DNA of 64,000 nucleotides from Tubiluchus corallicola. Lineage: Eukaryota > Animalia > Priapulida. Both the position numbers and the translations under genes were made by a program. Below, piece by piece: positions 41,778-56,515 of this stretch. How positions within the stretch are numbered: the first letter of the stretch is position 1; each line of letters begins with the position of its first letter. The DNA is taken from NCBI GenBank assembly GCA_030141605.1, contig JAQGDQ010000829.1, forward strand, positions 18,949 through 82,948, read 5' to 3'. A model generated the notes under the pieces. That model was not told the DNA's origin, ran no database searches, and saw only the letters and a list, made by a program, of their open reading frames with translations.

Positions 41778-42282
41778 ATGTTCTCGTTCTAATAATAGAG
41801 TGGAAATTAAGAGAAAGACATCAGTTGAACACATGATGTTCTCGTTCTAATAATAGAGTGGAAATTAAGATAAGAGAGAGACATCAATTTAACACATGAT
41901 GTTCTCGTTCTAATATGTAGAGTGGAAATTAAGAGAGAGACATCAATTTAACGCATGATGTTCTCGTTCTAATATGTAGAGTAGAAATTAAGATAAGAGA
42001 GAGACATCAATTTGACACATGATGTTCTTGTTCTAATATGTAGAGTGGAAATTAAGAGAGTGACATCAATTTAACACATGATGTTCTCGTTCTAATATGA
42101 AGAGTGGAAATTAAGAGAGAAACATCAATTTAACACATGATGTTCTTGCTCTAATATGTAGAGTGGAAATTAAGAGAGTGACATCAATTTAACACATGAT
42201 GTTCTCGTTCTAATATGTAGAGTGGAAATTAAGAGAGAGACATCAATTTAACACATGATGTTCTTGTTCTCATATGTAGAAT
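41778..42282. repeat. ~59-64-bp minisatellite immediately upstream of gene D
   Basis: gatgttctcgttctaatatgtagagtggaaattaagagagagacatcaatttaacacat repeated. Confidence 0.93.
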
Positions 42283-42403
42283 TAAAATGGCGACTTTATA
42301 GTGATAAACGTGTCAGAAATAACTAATAACACAACACGTCATAATTAAGTAACCATGACGACAACTACGCCAATGTATGACCCTGGCTTGACCGCTTGTC
42401 ATC

Positions 42404-42610
42404 ATGCTTCTGCAAATGGTCCTACTTGGTCTATTTCTCACATCTCTTTTTGTTTTAAATTACGCAGGTAAATATTTTATTATTATTATTATTACTGAGT
42501 CTATATTGGCACTAGACCTTCAGTCAGCAGCTACAATAGACACAACTGTCACACTCTCACTATCATCTTCAATACTATCTCTCATTGCATGTTCGTTTTA
42601 CACTAGCATT

Positions 42611-42664
<54 letters not shown>

Positions 42665-45151
42665 ATTATTATCCGAACATCTCTGCCGGCTCAGTGCTTT
42701 ATCTCATTGAATTATCTTTGATAAAGAGCCAGAGTCCAGCCTAGCCACAGTTACCCACATTAAGTAGGCCCTTGCTTCGAAAGGTGGATTCCAGGTCATG
42801 GTGTGCTTACGGTGCACTGTCTTTTTTTGAAGTTGAACGTTTATGTTAGCATGCCTACAGACACTTGTCTTCCTTGGGTTTCTTCCCAGTTTGAAGTTGA
42901 ACGTATATGTTAGCATGCCTACAGACACTTGTCTTCCTTGGGTTTCTTCCCAGTTTGAAGTTGAACGTATATGTTAGCATGCCTACAGACACTTGTCTTC
43001 CTTGGGTTTCTTCCCAGTTTGAAGTTGAACGTATATGTTAGCATGCCTACAGACACTTGTCTTCCTTGGGTTTCTTCCCAGTTTGAAGTTGAACGTATAT
43101 GTTAGCATGCCTACAGACACTTGTCTTCCTTGGGTTTCTTCCCAGTTTGAAGTTGAACGTATATGTTAGCATGCCTACAGACACTTGTCTTCCTTGGGTT
43201 TCTTCCCCGTTTGAAGTTGAACGTATATGTTAGCATGCCTACAGACACTTGTCTTCCTTGGGTTTCTTCCCAGTTTGAAGTTGAACGTATATGTTAGCAT
43301 GCCTACAGACACTTGTCTTCCTTGGGTTTCTTCCCAGTTTGAAGTTGAACGTATATGTTAGCATGCCTACAGACACTTGTCTTCCTTGGGTTTCTTCCCA
43401 GTTTGAAGTTGAACGTATATGTTAGCATGCCTACAGACACTTGTCTTCCTTGGGTTTCTTCCCAGTTTGAAGTTGAACGTATATGTTAGCATGCCTACAG
43501 ACACTTGTCTTCCTTGGGTTTCTTCCAGTTTGAAGTTGAACGTATATGTTAGCATGCCTACAGACACTTGTCTTCCTTGGGTTTCTTCCCAGTTTGAAGT
43601 TGAACGTATATGTTAGCATGCCTACAGACACTTGTCTTCCTTGGGTTTCTTCCCAGTTTGAAGTTGAACGTATATGTTAGCATGCCTACAGACACTTGTC
43701 TTCCTTGGGTTTCTTCCCAGTTTGAAGTTGAACGTATATGTTAGCATGCCTACAGACACTTGTCTTCCTTGGGTTTCTTCCCCGTTTGAAGTTGAACGTA
43801 TATGTTAGCATGCCTACAGACACTTGTCTTCCTTGGGTTTCTTCCCAGTTTGAAGTTGAACGTATATGTTAGCATGCCTACAGACACTTGTCTTCCTTGG
43901 GTTTCTTCCCAGTTTGAAGTTGAACGTATATGTTAGCATGCCTACAGACACTTGTCTTCCTTGGGTTTCTTCCCAGTTTGAAGTTGAACGTATATGTTAG
44001 CATGCCTACAGACACTTGTCTTCCTTGGGTTTCTTCCCAGTTTGGTGATTACCTAAGTGGGTAAATCTCAAAATGTACAGGCGTGGCTGTTGAGCATTTG
44101 TCTGTTGCATAAAACTATTTAAAGCATAAGCATCTTTGAACTATGGCTTAGGATCAGCTAGAACTAGCTAGCTCATCTTTGAACTATGGTTTAGGATCAG
44201 CTAGAACTAGTTAGCTCATCTTTGAACTATGGCTTAGGACCAGCTATAACTAGTTATCTCATCTTTGTACTATGGCTTAGGACCAGCTATAACTAGTTAG
44301 CTCATCTTTGAACTATGGCTTTGGACCAGCTAGAACTAGTTAGCTCATCATTGAACTATGGCTTAGGGTCAGCTAGAACTAGTTAGCTCATCTTTGAACT
44401 ATGACTTAGGGCCAGCTAGAACTAGTTAGCTCATCATTGAACTATGGCTTAGGGTCAGCTAGAACTAGCTAGCTCATCTTAGAACTATGGCTTAGGATCA
44501 ACTAGAACTAGTTAGCTCATCTTTGAACTGTGCTTAGGATCAGTTAAAACTAGTTAGAGCGCCTTTGAACTATGGCTTAGGATCAGCTAAAGCTACTTAA
44601 AGTATCCTGAACTATGGCTTAGGATCAGCTAAAACTAGTTAAAGCATCTTTTAATTTTAGGCTTAGGATCAGCTGTAAACAGTTATTTTTACTTTACATT
44701 TAATTAAGGCGGAAAACGTTAGCTACAGAGAGATTAGCTCAATTATTTCAGTAGCTTTTGTTTTCCAGGAATTGGTATCAAATGCTTTACTTGCGAGTTT
44801 GATCCTCATAACATCTATGGCTCCCCATGTCGGGCCCTAAAAACCATTGACAGGCAAGAATTCTTGAAGACTTTAATACGGGAATTCACTTTTCCACGGA
44901 AAGTTACTGTTAAAGGAAAGGACAACTGCGCCAGCTGCTCATTGATTAAAATGAAAAAAGGTAACAACTCGATGTTAAATGGAAAATGATTATATATTGG
45001 AAATAACGGGTACAGCGCTTGTAGAACAGGTTCTCCGTACTTTAGTGGCTCAATCAATCAATCGATCGATCGATCGATCGGTCGGTCGGTCGGTCGGTCG
45101 GTCGGTGGTCGGTCGGTCGGTCGGTCGGTCGGTCGGTCGATCGATCGATCG

Positions 45152-45239
<88 letters not shown>

Positions 45240-45252
45240 GTCAGTCAGTCAG

Positions 45253-45320
<68 letters not shown>

Positions 45321-45380
45321 CCAACCAACCAACCAACCAACCAACCAACCAACCAACCAACCAACCAATCAATCAGTCAG

Positions 45381-45421
<41 letters not shown>

Positions 45422-48400
45422 TTATTTCACTCCAGCAATACATATACAATACATCAACATACAATATTGTTGAAACAAAAAGAAACAGTATAAGTAAAAA
45501 AAAACGTTGATGAAGTCAAATTAACCAAATAAAAGAGTTGCTGTATGACACCTTGAAAGCTTGGCTTGTTAAGGTGGCACAAATGAGTGAACGAAAGAAT
45601 GGTTAGGGTTAGTAGACATGATGGAATGGAAAAAATAGTAAGATTAGGGATAGGAGGAAGGAAAAGAGGAGAAGAAACGACCACAGTATATGTTTAATTT
45701 ACATAGAGCTATATTAAAATAGCATTATAATTGATTGGAGGCCATATATTGCGACTGCATGAGAGATGGAAGCATTAAAATTGTATTATAAGTATGAATC
45801 AAAAACAATCCTTTTCAAGTACTTTTTGAAACTATAAATAGTTTTGTGTATTTTTACTTGGGCACTTATTTTATTCCAGTTGTTGGGGGCTGTGAATTAG
45901 TAAAGTGCCTGGTACTATTAGTACAACAGTAAGGGACATGATATTCATTGAACCTCGTAAAGTAATGTTTAGGATTTGCTGTAATTGGATTTGCAAAGGA
46001 AGTGGGAAACAAGTTCAAGTAATAGAGTAAGATCAAAATTACTTATTTGCATAAAGCTTTCAATGCGAGCCATATGTATAATAATTACATCAACCTGCTT
46101 AAGATAAGTCGGTGCTTCCGTGTTTATTAAGACGCTCTGTACCGCTATGGCTGCTGGATGAAATTACACTAAGTATTGCTGCTGCTTGTAACTTGGTCAT
46201 TACGCTTTGGCACGTGCGACTAATTATATGCGCATGTCTAACCAATTAGTGGCATTGATCCAAGATCATCTTCCTACTACTGGAACAGCTTCGCCCACTG
46301 GACCAATCAGCTCCCTGTGTAAGTTAATCTATCAGAGGCAAGATTGGTCTCAAACTGGTAAGGCAGCAAGACATAGTTGCTTGGCTTCCAAAGCAGCAGA
46401 GGACCATTGCTAGACTTCCAAATCAGCAGAGGACTGTTTGGTTCAAAGCGTGGTTCCAAGAACAGTAGGGCATGTGTTATTTAGTAAGGTGCAATGAACA
46501 ATAGGGCATATGTTTATTAGCAAGATACAACAAACATTATTGTGTGTATTGCTTACCAAGGTGCAACAAACACTAGGGTATGTGCTGCTTACCAAGGTGC
46601 AACAAACACTAGGGTATGTGCTGCTTACCAAGGCGCAACAAACACTAGGGTATGTGCTGCTTAGCAAGGTGCAACCAACACTAGGGTATGTGCTGCTTAC
46701 CAAGGTGCAACCAACACTAGGGTATGTGCTGCTTACCAAGGTGCGACAAACACTAGGGTATGTGCTGCTTACCAAGGTGCAACAAACACTAGGGTATGTG
46801 CTGCTTACCAAGGTGCAACCAACACTAGGGTATGTGCTGCTTACCAAGGTGCAACAAACACTAGGGTATGTGCTGCTTACCAAGGTGCAACCAACACTAG
46901 GGTATGTGCTGCTTATCAAGGTGCAACGAACACTAAAGTATGTGCTGCTTACTAAGGTGCAACAAAATACAGCTGATTGCACAACTAAAAATAAGTATTT
47001 CATCAGAGCTAAAAATAGTACGCATAAAGAGTATATAAAAAACTGCTGCAGCTGAGAGTGACAGATAAGATTATGGACTTGACACGTGTGCTTCACTTGC
47101 GTGTATTGCTCTCGACAAGCTCCTTACAGCGATGTTACTTGTGAATGTACATTAATAAAGCTATACAATCAGCTATAAACTAAAGCATGGGTTAAACTGG
47201 TAGCATTCCTACTTCAACACGTGAGTCTAATTATATCTTCCTCCTTATTAAACAACAAGAAAAATTCTTTAACAATTCATTTTCATACTTTAAAATAAAA
47301 TTTGCTTGTCAGCCTATGAATAATATCCCTACTTTTCACGCTGACTGTCCACGTGAAGTGAGCAAGTACAAATGTGCAAAGCAATATTTTACTCTCAACA
47401 CTAGAATCACTGACTTTGGTTTAATACCTCAATGCACAGAAAAAGTACCAGATTAAGTGCTGACAAACTTGAGAAATTCATTAACAGTAAAATAGTTTTT
47501 TAATTCAATCTGTTTTTTAATTTTAGTTTTATTTCAGACATAAAAGCGTCCATAAAGTGGCCTATAACAATCTACTTTACTGGGTTATATTATGTGCAAG
47601 ACTTTTGTATTGCCATGTACATGCAACGTTGTCGAAACATGTAAGCTGAACTCATATAACATTAACTGAGTTACTATGTTACAGTAAATTGTTGATCTTT
47701 GCTATTTAAAAGTTTCTCAGCTTCATTCATGCACATGCTGATTTGAGCATCATTTTTGTAAACTGTATAATTTTTGCAAGCACAGCTCTTACGTTGCATT
47801 TAAGTTGACTGCCAGTCTTATAGTGACTTATCGTTAATACAGGGTAAATATACCAAACTTAGATCTGGACGAAAAGATTTAATGCTCTTCTTCGAAAACA
47901 TTTGTCTTGACAAAATCGCTGCTTGTACATATCAATACAAAACTCTTGCACACAAATATGCCTATACAGTAGATTGTTGGCGGCCATTTTGTATATCATT
48001 GCAAATATTTAATACTGATTAACAATGACGAGTACATTTAGATAATTCCCAAGCTAAGTGGTCCGCTGGTTTGGCCAATATTTCTTTTCCGGCATCTGCG
48101 ACAGCGAAAATAATAAACAACATTGGATGCGCTAAGTTACCTATGTGTTTTGGGGTGGCATTGATTTTGGAATAGCTCCTTAAGTTCATTAAGACCCATT
48201 GTTGGTGACAATGGACTGCTAACGGCCACCAATGCCATGTCGTTCTCATTTACGATTGTCATTGTTAAAATATTGGACTGAATTCGACTCAGGGGGTCGG
48301 ACTCCAGGATGGGATGGCGGTCTTGATATTGAGCATCACGAAGATCCATTTTTGTATCGTTGTGTAACTGATTACTTAACTACAAATGTTAATCTTAATT

Positions 48401-49180
48401 ATAAATGTTATGCTAATTAATTAAGCTAATGTCTGTGAACTAATATAGCATGTACCTGTTATAGCCTGTCATTTAACTCTCACAAAAGTACACTGTACAC
48501 TGTACACTGTACGGAGTTTATTAGCAGCACTTATAACAACAGGGGAACAAAATGCACACAGAGAAATAACTAAGTAACATCACTACACCCGAGGAGCACT
48601 TGAGTCAGAAATCCAGGCTGTAGTGACCTCTACGCGCTTTTATACTGGTATTCCAGGTCAGCTGGCTTCTCACACCACGTGTAGGCCCAAACAAGACGTC
48701 TGGGCCTACAAGGAAGGGGCGAGTCGCTGCTGATGTGGAAGCAGGGCGTGCCCTACACCTGACTCGACACATGTGCCTCCATACCAATATCATACCAACA
48801 TTAATGTCCAGATAATGTCCCTTGTATTAGTAATGATAACATATTGTATTACATCCTTTCACAAAGTACCTGCATTTTCTGTATAAATTTAAAAAAAAAT
48901 CATTTGAACAGTTGAACTTCAATCAATTTTCTTTACAGGTGACGGTATTATTGTACAAAGAAAATGTGAAACAACCGTGAAAGAATCAGGATGCAAAGAA
49001 GAGGGCGACATCTACGTGTGTAGCTGTTCAAACAGAGACCTTTGTAATGACAAGGTGGTGCTAGACGTAGTTAACATGCCACGTACCAACAATCAGATAA
49101 TCTTGAAAAGAACACCAACCACCGTCTTCATCGTTCTTGGATCTGTCCTTTTGCAATGTTTTACTTGCTTGTTACATTAA
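42404..49180 (+). CDS. Ly6/uPAR three-finger protein, long-loop subfamily, gene D, 165 aa, probable GPI anchor
   Basis: Exons 42404-42467, 44769-44960, 48939-49180 (498 nt): MLLQMVLLGLFLTSLFVLNYAGIGIKCFTCEFDPHNIYGSPCRALKTIDRQEFLKTLIREFTFPRKVTVKGKDNCASCSLIKMKKGDGIIVQRKCETTVKESGCKEEGDIYVCSCSNRDLCNDKVV...TTVFIVLGSVLLQCFTCLLH. Canonical splice sites, 10-Cys pattern. Confidence 0.88.
42826..44043. repeat. 64-bp near-perfect minisatellite (~19 copies) in gene D intron 1
   Basis: gtttgaagttgaacgtatatgttagcatgcctacagacacttgtcttccttgggtttcttccca. Confidence 0.97.
44131..44680. repeat. 43-bp minisatellite in gene D intron 1
   Basis: catctttgaactatggcttaggatcagctagaactagttagct, diverged copies. Confidence 0.93.
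45050..45420. repeat. Compound tetranucleotide microsatellite (ATCA/ATCG/GGTC/ACCA)
   Basis: Direct reading; explains the SINQ ORF. Confidence 0.96.
46121..47219 (+). mobile_element. Candidate solo LTR containing a 36-bp tandem repeat (~46465-46965)
   Basis: TGTT...AACA ends, TATA-like gtatataaaaa ~47031, AATAAA ~47154; no convincing TSD. The 36-bp repeat is certain; the LTR call is inference. Confidence 0.45.
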
Positions 49181-49357
49181 ATTCTTGTACCACGAAATTT
49201 TTTGTAGCAAATGGTGGGATACAAGATGTGAACGTCTGAATAAAATAATAAGTTTACCGAGGATAGAAGAATGCAGTAGCGTTTGCACTGGAATCAGAAA
49301 AAATCATGAGTTAAAAAAATTGGTAAAAACGTAAAAATAGACATGTTTCTATCGTGT

Positions 49358-49790
49358 CTTCACGCAGGCCAAGCACATGTGGAAAGCGAGCGAAAGTGGC
49401 TTCACGCAGGCCTAAAGCCAAGCACATGTGGAAAGCGTGCGAAACTGGCTTCACGCAGGCCTAAAGCCAAGCACATGTGGCAAGCGCGCGAAACTGGCTT
49501 CACGCAGGCCTAAAGCCAAACACATGTGGAAAGCGCGCGAAACTGGCTTCACGCAGGCCTAAAGCCAAGCACATGTGGAAAGCGCGCGAAACTGGCTTCA
49601 CGCAGGCCTAAAGCCAAGCACATGTGGAAAGCGCGCGAAACTGGCTTCATGCAGGCCTAAAGCCAAGCACATGTGGAAAGCGCGCGAAACTGGCTTCACG
49701 CAGGCCTAAAGCCAAGCACATGTGGAAAGCGTGCGAAACTGGCTTCACGCAGGCCTAAAGCCAAGCACATGTGGAAAGCGCGCGAAACAC
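49358..49790. repeat. 49-bp GC-richer minisatellite downstream of gene D
   Basis: gcttcacgcaggcctaaagccaagcacatgtggaaagcgcgcgaaactg repeated. Confidence 0.95.
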
Positions 49791-50157
49791 GAAACAAAAA
49801 ACAGGTAATTTGACGTTCATGTGCCCTAGAGAAAAACAAAAATTTGAACAAAAGAAAACAGAAACTTTATTTCGTAAAACGAAAACGAGCGTTTTGCCTG
49901 CCGAGTGCTTTAGATGTCGAACAACGACTACGCGCCCAATGTATACAATAGACATGACGGGCGTATGATGATGATGATGATGATGATGATGACTACGCAA
50001 CAGTCGACTAGCGGTCACACAGAGCGGAGCCACATCTAAGCCACGTCTCAAAATCAAATCAAATCAAGCTTTCTTGTGCTAGAGTTCTTAGTTCAGAATA
50101 AAGAATGCTCTAAAATATTGAAAACTACAATAGGTTTTTTAATCAAACCTCAGGTTA

Positions 50158-50385
50158 AATAATAATTATCTCGGATACTCAAATTTCGTTAAATTTTCAA
50201 AGCTACGCGCGGCTCAGTGAATCTACTAAGACTGTCAGGGGCGCCTTTTTCTCACATGCGCGTGGCCGACAAATAGAAGACGGTACCGTGACAACCATGA
50301 TCATGAACTGCTGTATTAGTTTCTGACGTCATATGATGTAAGGCCCATTTTCGTTACATCACGCATTTAAGCAGTAGTACTGTAA
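50158..50385. mobile_element. Dispersed repeat, inverted copy of 28577-28803
   Basis: Reverse-complement similarity over ~225 bp (ttctgacgtcatatga, catgatcatgaactgc, cgcgcggctcagtga). Confidence 0.7.
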
Positions 50386-51658
50386 AACTTACGCAAACGT
50401 GCTTAACGCGCAAGGGAAGACGCCTGCCATTGCACAAAATGTGGTTAGTTTCTGACGTAAGCAATAGCTGTGTTCTGTTGCCGATAATTAACTTTCTAAG
50501 CTAATTATTCAAATATAAGAAACAATTGCTAACTTTTCTGGGCAAGAAATGTATATTTTGGACAGTAAATTAAAATGAGACGGAGTCTAAACAATCGTCC
50601 AGTTTTCGTTTAAGTGGTAAATACATTTCATAGTTGTACAACTATAATGGAAACTAATTGGACCCTAGCAGAAAGTAAGCAGTCATTAAAATCATTACGT
50701 GTTAACATATTTTAATGTAATCATCATAATGGACGATTCCCTCGCTTCTTCTCTCACAAACTCTTGTGCTCTACCAGCCACTGGTAGGTGGCACACAGTA
50801 CTCTATCACACTATAAGTGTTCAAGAAGATTTTTCCCGTTATGCTTAATAGTCCCACAACTGTCAAGGAAATAATTGCTAATAGTTATTTCACCCAAAGA
50901 TACGTGCAATTTATCGAGATTTTCTATGAAAGAAAAAACATTGTTATCGCAGTACTGGCTTTCTATGAAAAAAGTCAGCTGTGTGACAAATTGTTGTAAA
51001 CTTTTTACCTAGTTACATGGCCAAAAATTATTTTTCAATGCTTGAGGGTTAGTGCTAGCTTAAACATGAAAACACGATACCCAAATGTGGGCTGAGAACC
51101 TCGGTCATATTTATAAATACCACGACAGAGAACCACAATAATACACAAATACTACACATACAAAACCAGGCTACAGATTTGATACTGAAGCCAAAATGTG
51201 GTATCAAAATCATGATTTGGGGCTCTATATTTAAACGAAGTGCCACTATAGCTGGAACTATTAAACTGATTCCTTGCCTTCATAATCAGCATTATCAATG
51301 TGTGCAATGTAAGTGAAAGTCTACTTTTGGGGTATAAAACAAATCTGAATCTAAATGTGAGTCATTTAAATGTTATTTATTGCTGTTGTAACTGTATTTT
51401 GAGTATGAATTATATGTTTGGAATAAATGATAAATGAAAATCGAGAATCCGTCTCTCTCTTACTCACTCTCCCTCTCGCTTTCTGTCTCTGTTCTCTCGT
51501 TGTTTATCTCTTTCCTTGCAACCTCTTTAGTGCTTCCTTGCCTCCAGCTCTCTCCTGCCATTCTCTGTTGTCTAGTCATTGGTACTAAGGAAGAATATTT
51601 CAGTTACGCCTCTGTAGCTTTACAAAAATAAACGTAAAGTGTTTTGTGTAGGACAGCC

Positions 51659-51841
<183 letters not shown>

Positions 51842-52532
51842 CTTTTTATTTATCTTGTAACACACGCACAGTTATAATGCAATTAATTTGGAAACAAAAA
51901 TGTGAAGAAAGGGCAGCGAAAGAGCAATTGGTCATTTAGTCAGCTGCCCTTTGGTTAGTGATGAACAATTTTTTATAGGCGCTATGCTACAGTGTGTTAG
52001 TGTTAGTACTGCTTATAATAAAAATTAATTATTACGAATGACATTGATATGCTTATAACGTGTTAGTACAATTCATACACAGTAATAATAACCGCATAAT
52101 AAAAAAAATCAAACTGAAAACTTAGGAAAATTGTTTATCACAAACGGGCCAAAATTGGCTAATTTTTGGCCACATTTCTTGGAATTAATTCAGATGCACT
52201 TCGAGGTGATGCACTTCGAAGTAGTTGTTAGTCTGTTGCGAATAATTTTAGTTTGTAAGAGGGTTTCCTTTCTTGAGGAGTTGAAACTCGACGCACATTT
52301 TTTACTGTTTTGGTATCCCCTTTATAAGATCCCGACGTCACCAGGCTTGATTGTCTCGCTAAATACTTGATTCGGTAGTGCTCGTGAAACTCCCTAAAGG
52401 CCATGCGAAACACTGATTTATTTAACTCTGTAGTTATGACAACAGCCATGACAACAAACTCCGTCTGTGTATGATGTCTTTTACAGTGGTAGGCGGATAA
52501 CCGGTTTGCCGAACACTGTGGTCCTCTCCATT

Positions 52533-53396
52533 ATGCCTCTACACGCTGGACCACTTCTGTTTTTGATGTTTCTTGCTACATTAAATCACATAGGTAAGTC
52601 TTATTCTATTTAATCTTATGTCTAGCAAGTGACAGTATGTTCTCCGCAGTTCCAAGCTATAAGAGGAAGAAAAAGTATGTCCCAAAAGACATTCCCTAGT
52701 TCCAAGCTATAAGAGGGAGAAAAACGATGTCCCAAAAAACTTTCCTTACAAAATTACATTACCCAGTATTACATCTAGCTATTTAAAACAAATAATTATC
52801 TAATTGAAAAAGAAAATTCTCAATAATTTAAAATGTTCGTGTCAATAGCTAAAACGTCACTGCTTCATCATTTCAATGTGCAACACTGGTTCACCAGAAA
52901 CACATTATTAATCTTACTAACAAGATGTGAGCAACTGAAAAATACGACTTCAGAGATCTCTGCCTGGTTGTTTTTGGCTAGAGATAACATTATTGTGAAT
53001 TTCTGTTAGTAACAATGCAATCTTTGCTGCTGCTTTATATTTTTTCAAACCTATAGAACACTTTGTTAATTAAAATGTTATGTAATTATTGTTTACAGTG
53101 AGCCCTCTTGATTGCTTCACATGTGAGTGGTTGGAAACTACTTCCTACTGCAGGACTCTTGCTCACATAGATAAGGATCACTTCAGAAAAACTTTACATG
53201 CAGTCTTTCGTTTTCCCTCGTACGGCACTGTGACAGGAAAGGCTGGCTGTGACAGTTGCTCATTGACAAAATTTACTAGAGGTATCGTGTATTTGGCTAG
53301 TTATAACAGATTTTATACTTGCTATTATATTAAAGACATGTTACAGCTGTTGTAGATTAATTATATGGTTGTCGTTGTCACTGTTGCTGTTGTTGT

Positions 53397-53430
<34 letters not shown>

Positions 53431-55759
53431 TGTCCTGCTGTTGCTGCAGTCATTGCTCTTCCTATTCCTGCTGCTGTTGCTATTGCTGTTGTCAGAAATA
53501 TGTTCTTTGCCAACAGACTTTCGTTGCATTCCCGCACCTTTGCATTGCTTTTACAGCTGTGTCTGCCTGTCTATCTGAAAAAAATTCCTCAAAGACTTGA
53601 AGACTATGTTAACCCTTTCAGTCCCAAATTATTTTTTTTTAAAAAAAATTTGGTTTGGTACTTTTGTTCAGTATGTCCATCTTGTTTACACATAATAGTT
53701 TTTTTTCTACGTGTGCCCGCTTGCTAAATATAGCGTGTATCCCACGGGATACATTGGGATTCAATGGAAGCATAAAATGTGCTTCATTTTGCAACTGCTG
53801 ATAATTTTTTAAAGTATTTAAGACATTTAGTATGCACGCTATGCTGATCTGTACAAAGTCATCTCTAAAGTACTGTACCTTGAGCAGTTTTTTAAGCTAT
53901 GTAGATTTTCTAGTTTGCATTTTATCACCATTTTTAGACTATTGTTATTGGCTTAAATCAAAATAACCATTAATAGATCAAATAACTGTCAGTTTTAAAA
54001 TTTTATTAATTTTAAAGGCAGAAAATATTCTCGTATCCCACGGGATACAACGGGTATAAAAGGGTTAAGGCATACCCGTAAATAAAAAGAATATCGGGAA
54101 TTTTGTTTAATAATAGTGAAGAGGGGTTTATTACTTTGTTAACTTGTTGCCGAAGAGAATCCATAAATTAATTAAACTTGCATGATGAAACAAAAGTCCG
54201 TAAGTCCAATGTAACATAAGTGTGATCATGTAGTATATTTTTACTACAAATTAAAGAGTCAGCATGATGTAATAAAAGTCCATAAGTCCAATGTAATATA
54301 AGTGTGATCATGTAGTATATTTTTATTACAAATTAAAGAGTCAGCATGATACAATAAAAGTCCATAAGTCCAATGTAATATAAGTGTGATCGTATAGTAT
54401 ATTTTTACTACAAATTAAAGAGTTAGCATGATGTAATAAAAGTCCATAAGTCCAATGTAATATAAGTGTGATCATGTAGTATATTTTTATTACAAATTAA
54501 AGAGTCAGCATGATACAATAAAAGTCCATAAGTCCAATGTAACATAAGTGTGATCATATAGTATATTTTACTACAAATTAAAGAGTTAACATGATGTAAT
54601 AAAAGTCCATAAGTCCAATGTAACATAAGTGTGATCATGTAGTATATTTTTATTACAAATTAAAGAGTCAGCATGATGTAATAAAAGTCCATAAGTCCAA
54701 TGTAACATAAGTGTGATCATATAGTATATTTTTACTACAAATTAAAGAGTCAGCATGATACAATAAAAGTCCATAAGTCCAATGTAACATAAGTGTGATC
54801 ATGTAGTATATTTTTATTACAAATTAAAGAGTCAGCATGATACAATAAAAGTCCATAAGTCCAATGTAACATAAGTGTGATCATATAGTATATTTTTACT
54901 ACAAATTAAAGAGTTAACATGATGTAATAAAAGTCCATAAGTCCAATGTAACATAAGTGTGATCGTACAGTGTATTTTAGCTACAAAGTAAAGGGTCATG
55001 AAGAGTTGTTAAGGTCTTAATGACACGCGTCTTGTCCAGAAACTGTCAACTGTGTACGTATTTATGTCGTTTGCTGTTACTATGGTTAGTCCACTAAGTT
55101 TACACTTAAGCTCATAACTAAAGATAACTCTTACATAACAGTGCCAGAATGAATTTGTCCTCTGATTGACCAGAGGCCGTGCCGACTCTGAGCTCGATGA
55201 CCTGCTAGTCCTTAAACATTAGAGGCTATCAATTGCTTGTAAGCTATCTCAGGATGCATAACTTGACAGTGGGCTAGAGTCTTACGTGTAATATGAATAC
55301 CTTAGCAGAAGTACAAACTTGTTTAGAGAGAGGGAATGCTCTAGTGTTTACGCTTGATTGTAATTAATAATAATGTAATTATATTAATTAGTCTTAACTT
55401 AATTTCATAACATTTTAACAATTTAGTTTCCATTCTATTACTTAATTTACCTGTGAAATGCAATAGCAGTGAGACGCTTTACAACATGTTGTGTTTATAC
55501 AGGCGGGAACGTCGTGATAGAAAGAAGATGCGAAACGGTATTTTTTAAAAATGGCTGTATCTACATACATGGTGTAACTAAGAAGGACGATATGATCCTT
55601 TGCGCATGCTCAGATGACCACCTTTGCAATGATCAAAAGGAATTTCCGGACGACCGTCCCTTGTTGATGGTTGCAGGAGCTGAGGGCAAAACCCCTGGAA
55701 CTATCATTCTATTTGTCACGTTAGGAATAACCCAATTCTTTATACAATTATTTTTTTAA
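52533..55759 (+). CDS. Ly6/uPAR three-finger protein, long-loop subfamily, gene E, 166 aa, probable GPI anchor
   Basis: Exons 52533-52593, 53099-53281, 55503-55759 (501 nt): MPLHAGPLLFLMFLATLNHIVSPLDCFTCEWLETTSYCRTLAHIDKDHFRKTLHAVFRFPSYGTVTGKAGCDSCSLTKFTRGGNVVIERRCETVFFKNGCIYIHGVTKKDDMILCACSDDHLCNDQKEF...IILFVTLGITQFFIQLFF. Confidence 0.88.
53613..54064. mobile_element. piggyBac-like MITE (TTAA TSD), copy 2, inverted relative to copy 1, in gene E intron 2
   Basis: TTAA-CCCTTTCA...TAAAAGGG-TTAA; reverse complement of 17788-18238; empty site gactatattaaggcatacc at ~62132 in gene F. Confidence 0.9.
54180..54975. repeat. 82-bp minisatellite in gene E intron 2
   Basis: catgatgtaataaaagtccataagtccaatgtaacataagtgtgatcat... 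period 82, ~9-10 copies. Confidence 0.95.
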
Positions 55760-56029
55760 ATAAAAGCACCATAGTTTAGAGAGATGTTTAGATAATGACA
55801 CGTCGAACAGTAAATCCATAATACTTTATTTACAATCAAAAAGATCTAATTTTTAAAATGAAAGGAAATCAACGTTTTTTACCATTAAGGAACTTTACAA
55901 AATATTGCTCTGCTTGTAAATGTAATTTGGATAACTACATGGCTTGTTTTAAATAAAAGAAAACATTTACAACATTACAGGTATTCTTCGAACGTATAAT
56001 CTACATGCAGCACTTACATGTATTTGTTA

Positions 56030-56515
56030 CACGAAAGAACACTTACTAATCTTGTATAATAGTCTGGTTTTACATTATCTCAATTACTGCAGGATTATTT
56101 GGGGCCCCACATATCCATCTAAACTGAAATGCTTAATAACGTTGCAACGAAAATTTTTAAGGTTAATGTATGGCCTACAGAAACGTAGTGAAGTACCTTT
56201 ACTTCATTATCGTGAATGTAGAATTATGCAATTAGATGATTTAATTAAATTGAATATTGCAGTATTCATGTATAAATGCAATAATAGACTATTTCCTAAG
56301 TTTTTTGCAATTCCTGTCAAATTTACATCTAAGAGACATAATACAAGATGTAATCAATACATTGTGCCTTTCTGTAGAACCAACATAGCTAAACATTTTA
56401 TAATATATCAAGGACCAAAAGTCTGGAATGAGATTTGCCAATCCGCAAAAAATAGCAGATCTATTACTAGATTTAAAAAATGCTAAGAAATCAAATTTTA
56501 AGTAAGTATCAGTGA
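56030..56515 (+). mobile_element. CR1/L2-group LINE ORF2 3' remnant
   Basis: YNSLVLHYLNYCRIIWG...LQRKFLRLM...YQGPKVWNEI...SITRFKK matches the conserved post-RT C-terminus of CR1-group elements. Confidence 0.8.

Noticed and set aside
46443-47096. 217-aa and 181-aa repetitive ORFs on both strands
   Set aside because: Stop-free 36-bp tandem repeat inside gene D intron 2; no independent coding evidence
53341-53727. Poly-Leu/Val/Ala ORFs (also 42404-42721 beyond exon 1, 51604-51877, 61907-62606)
   Set aside because: Trinucleotide microsatellites in introns or intergenic DNA
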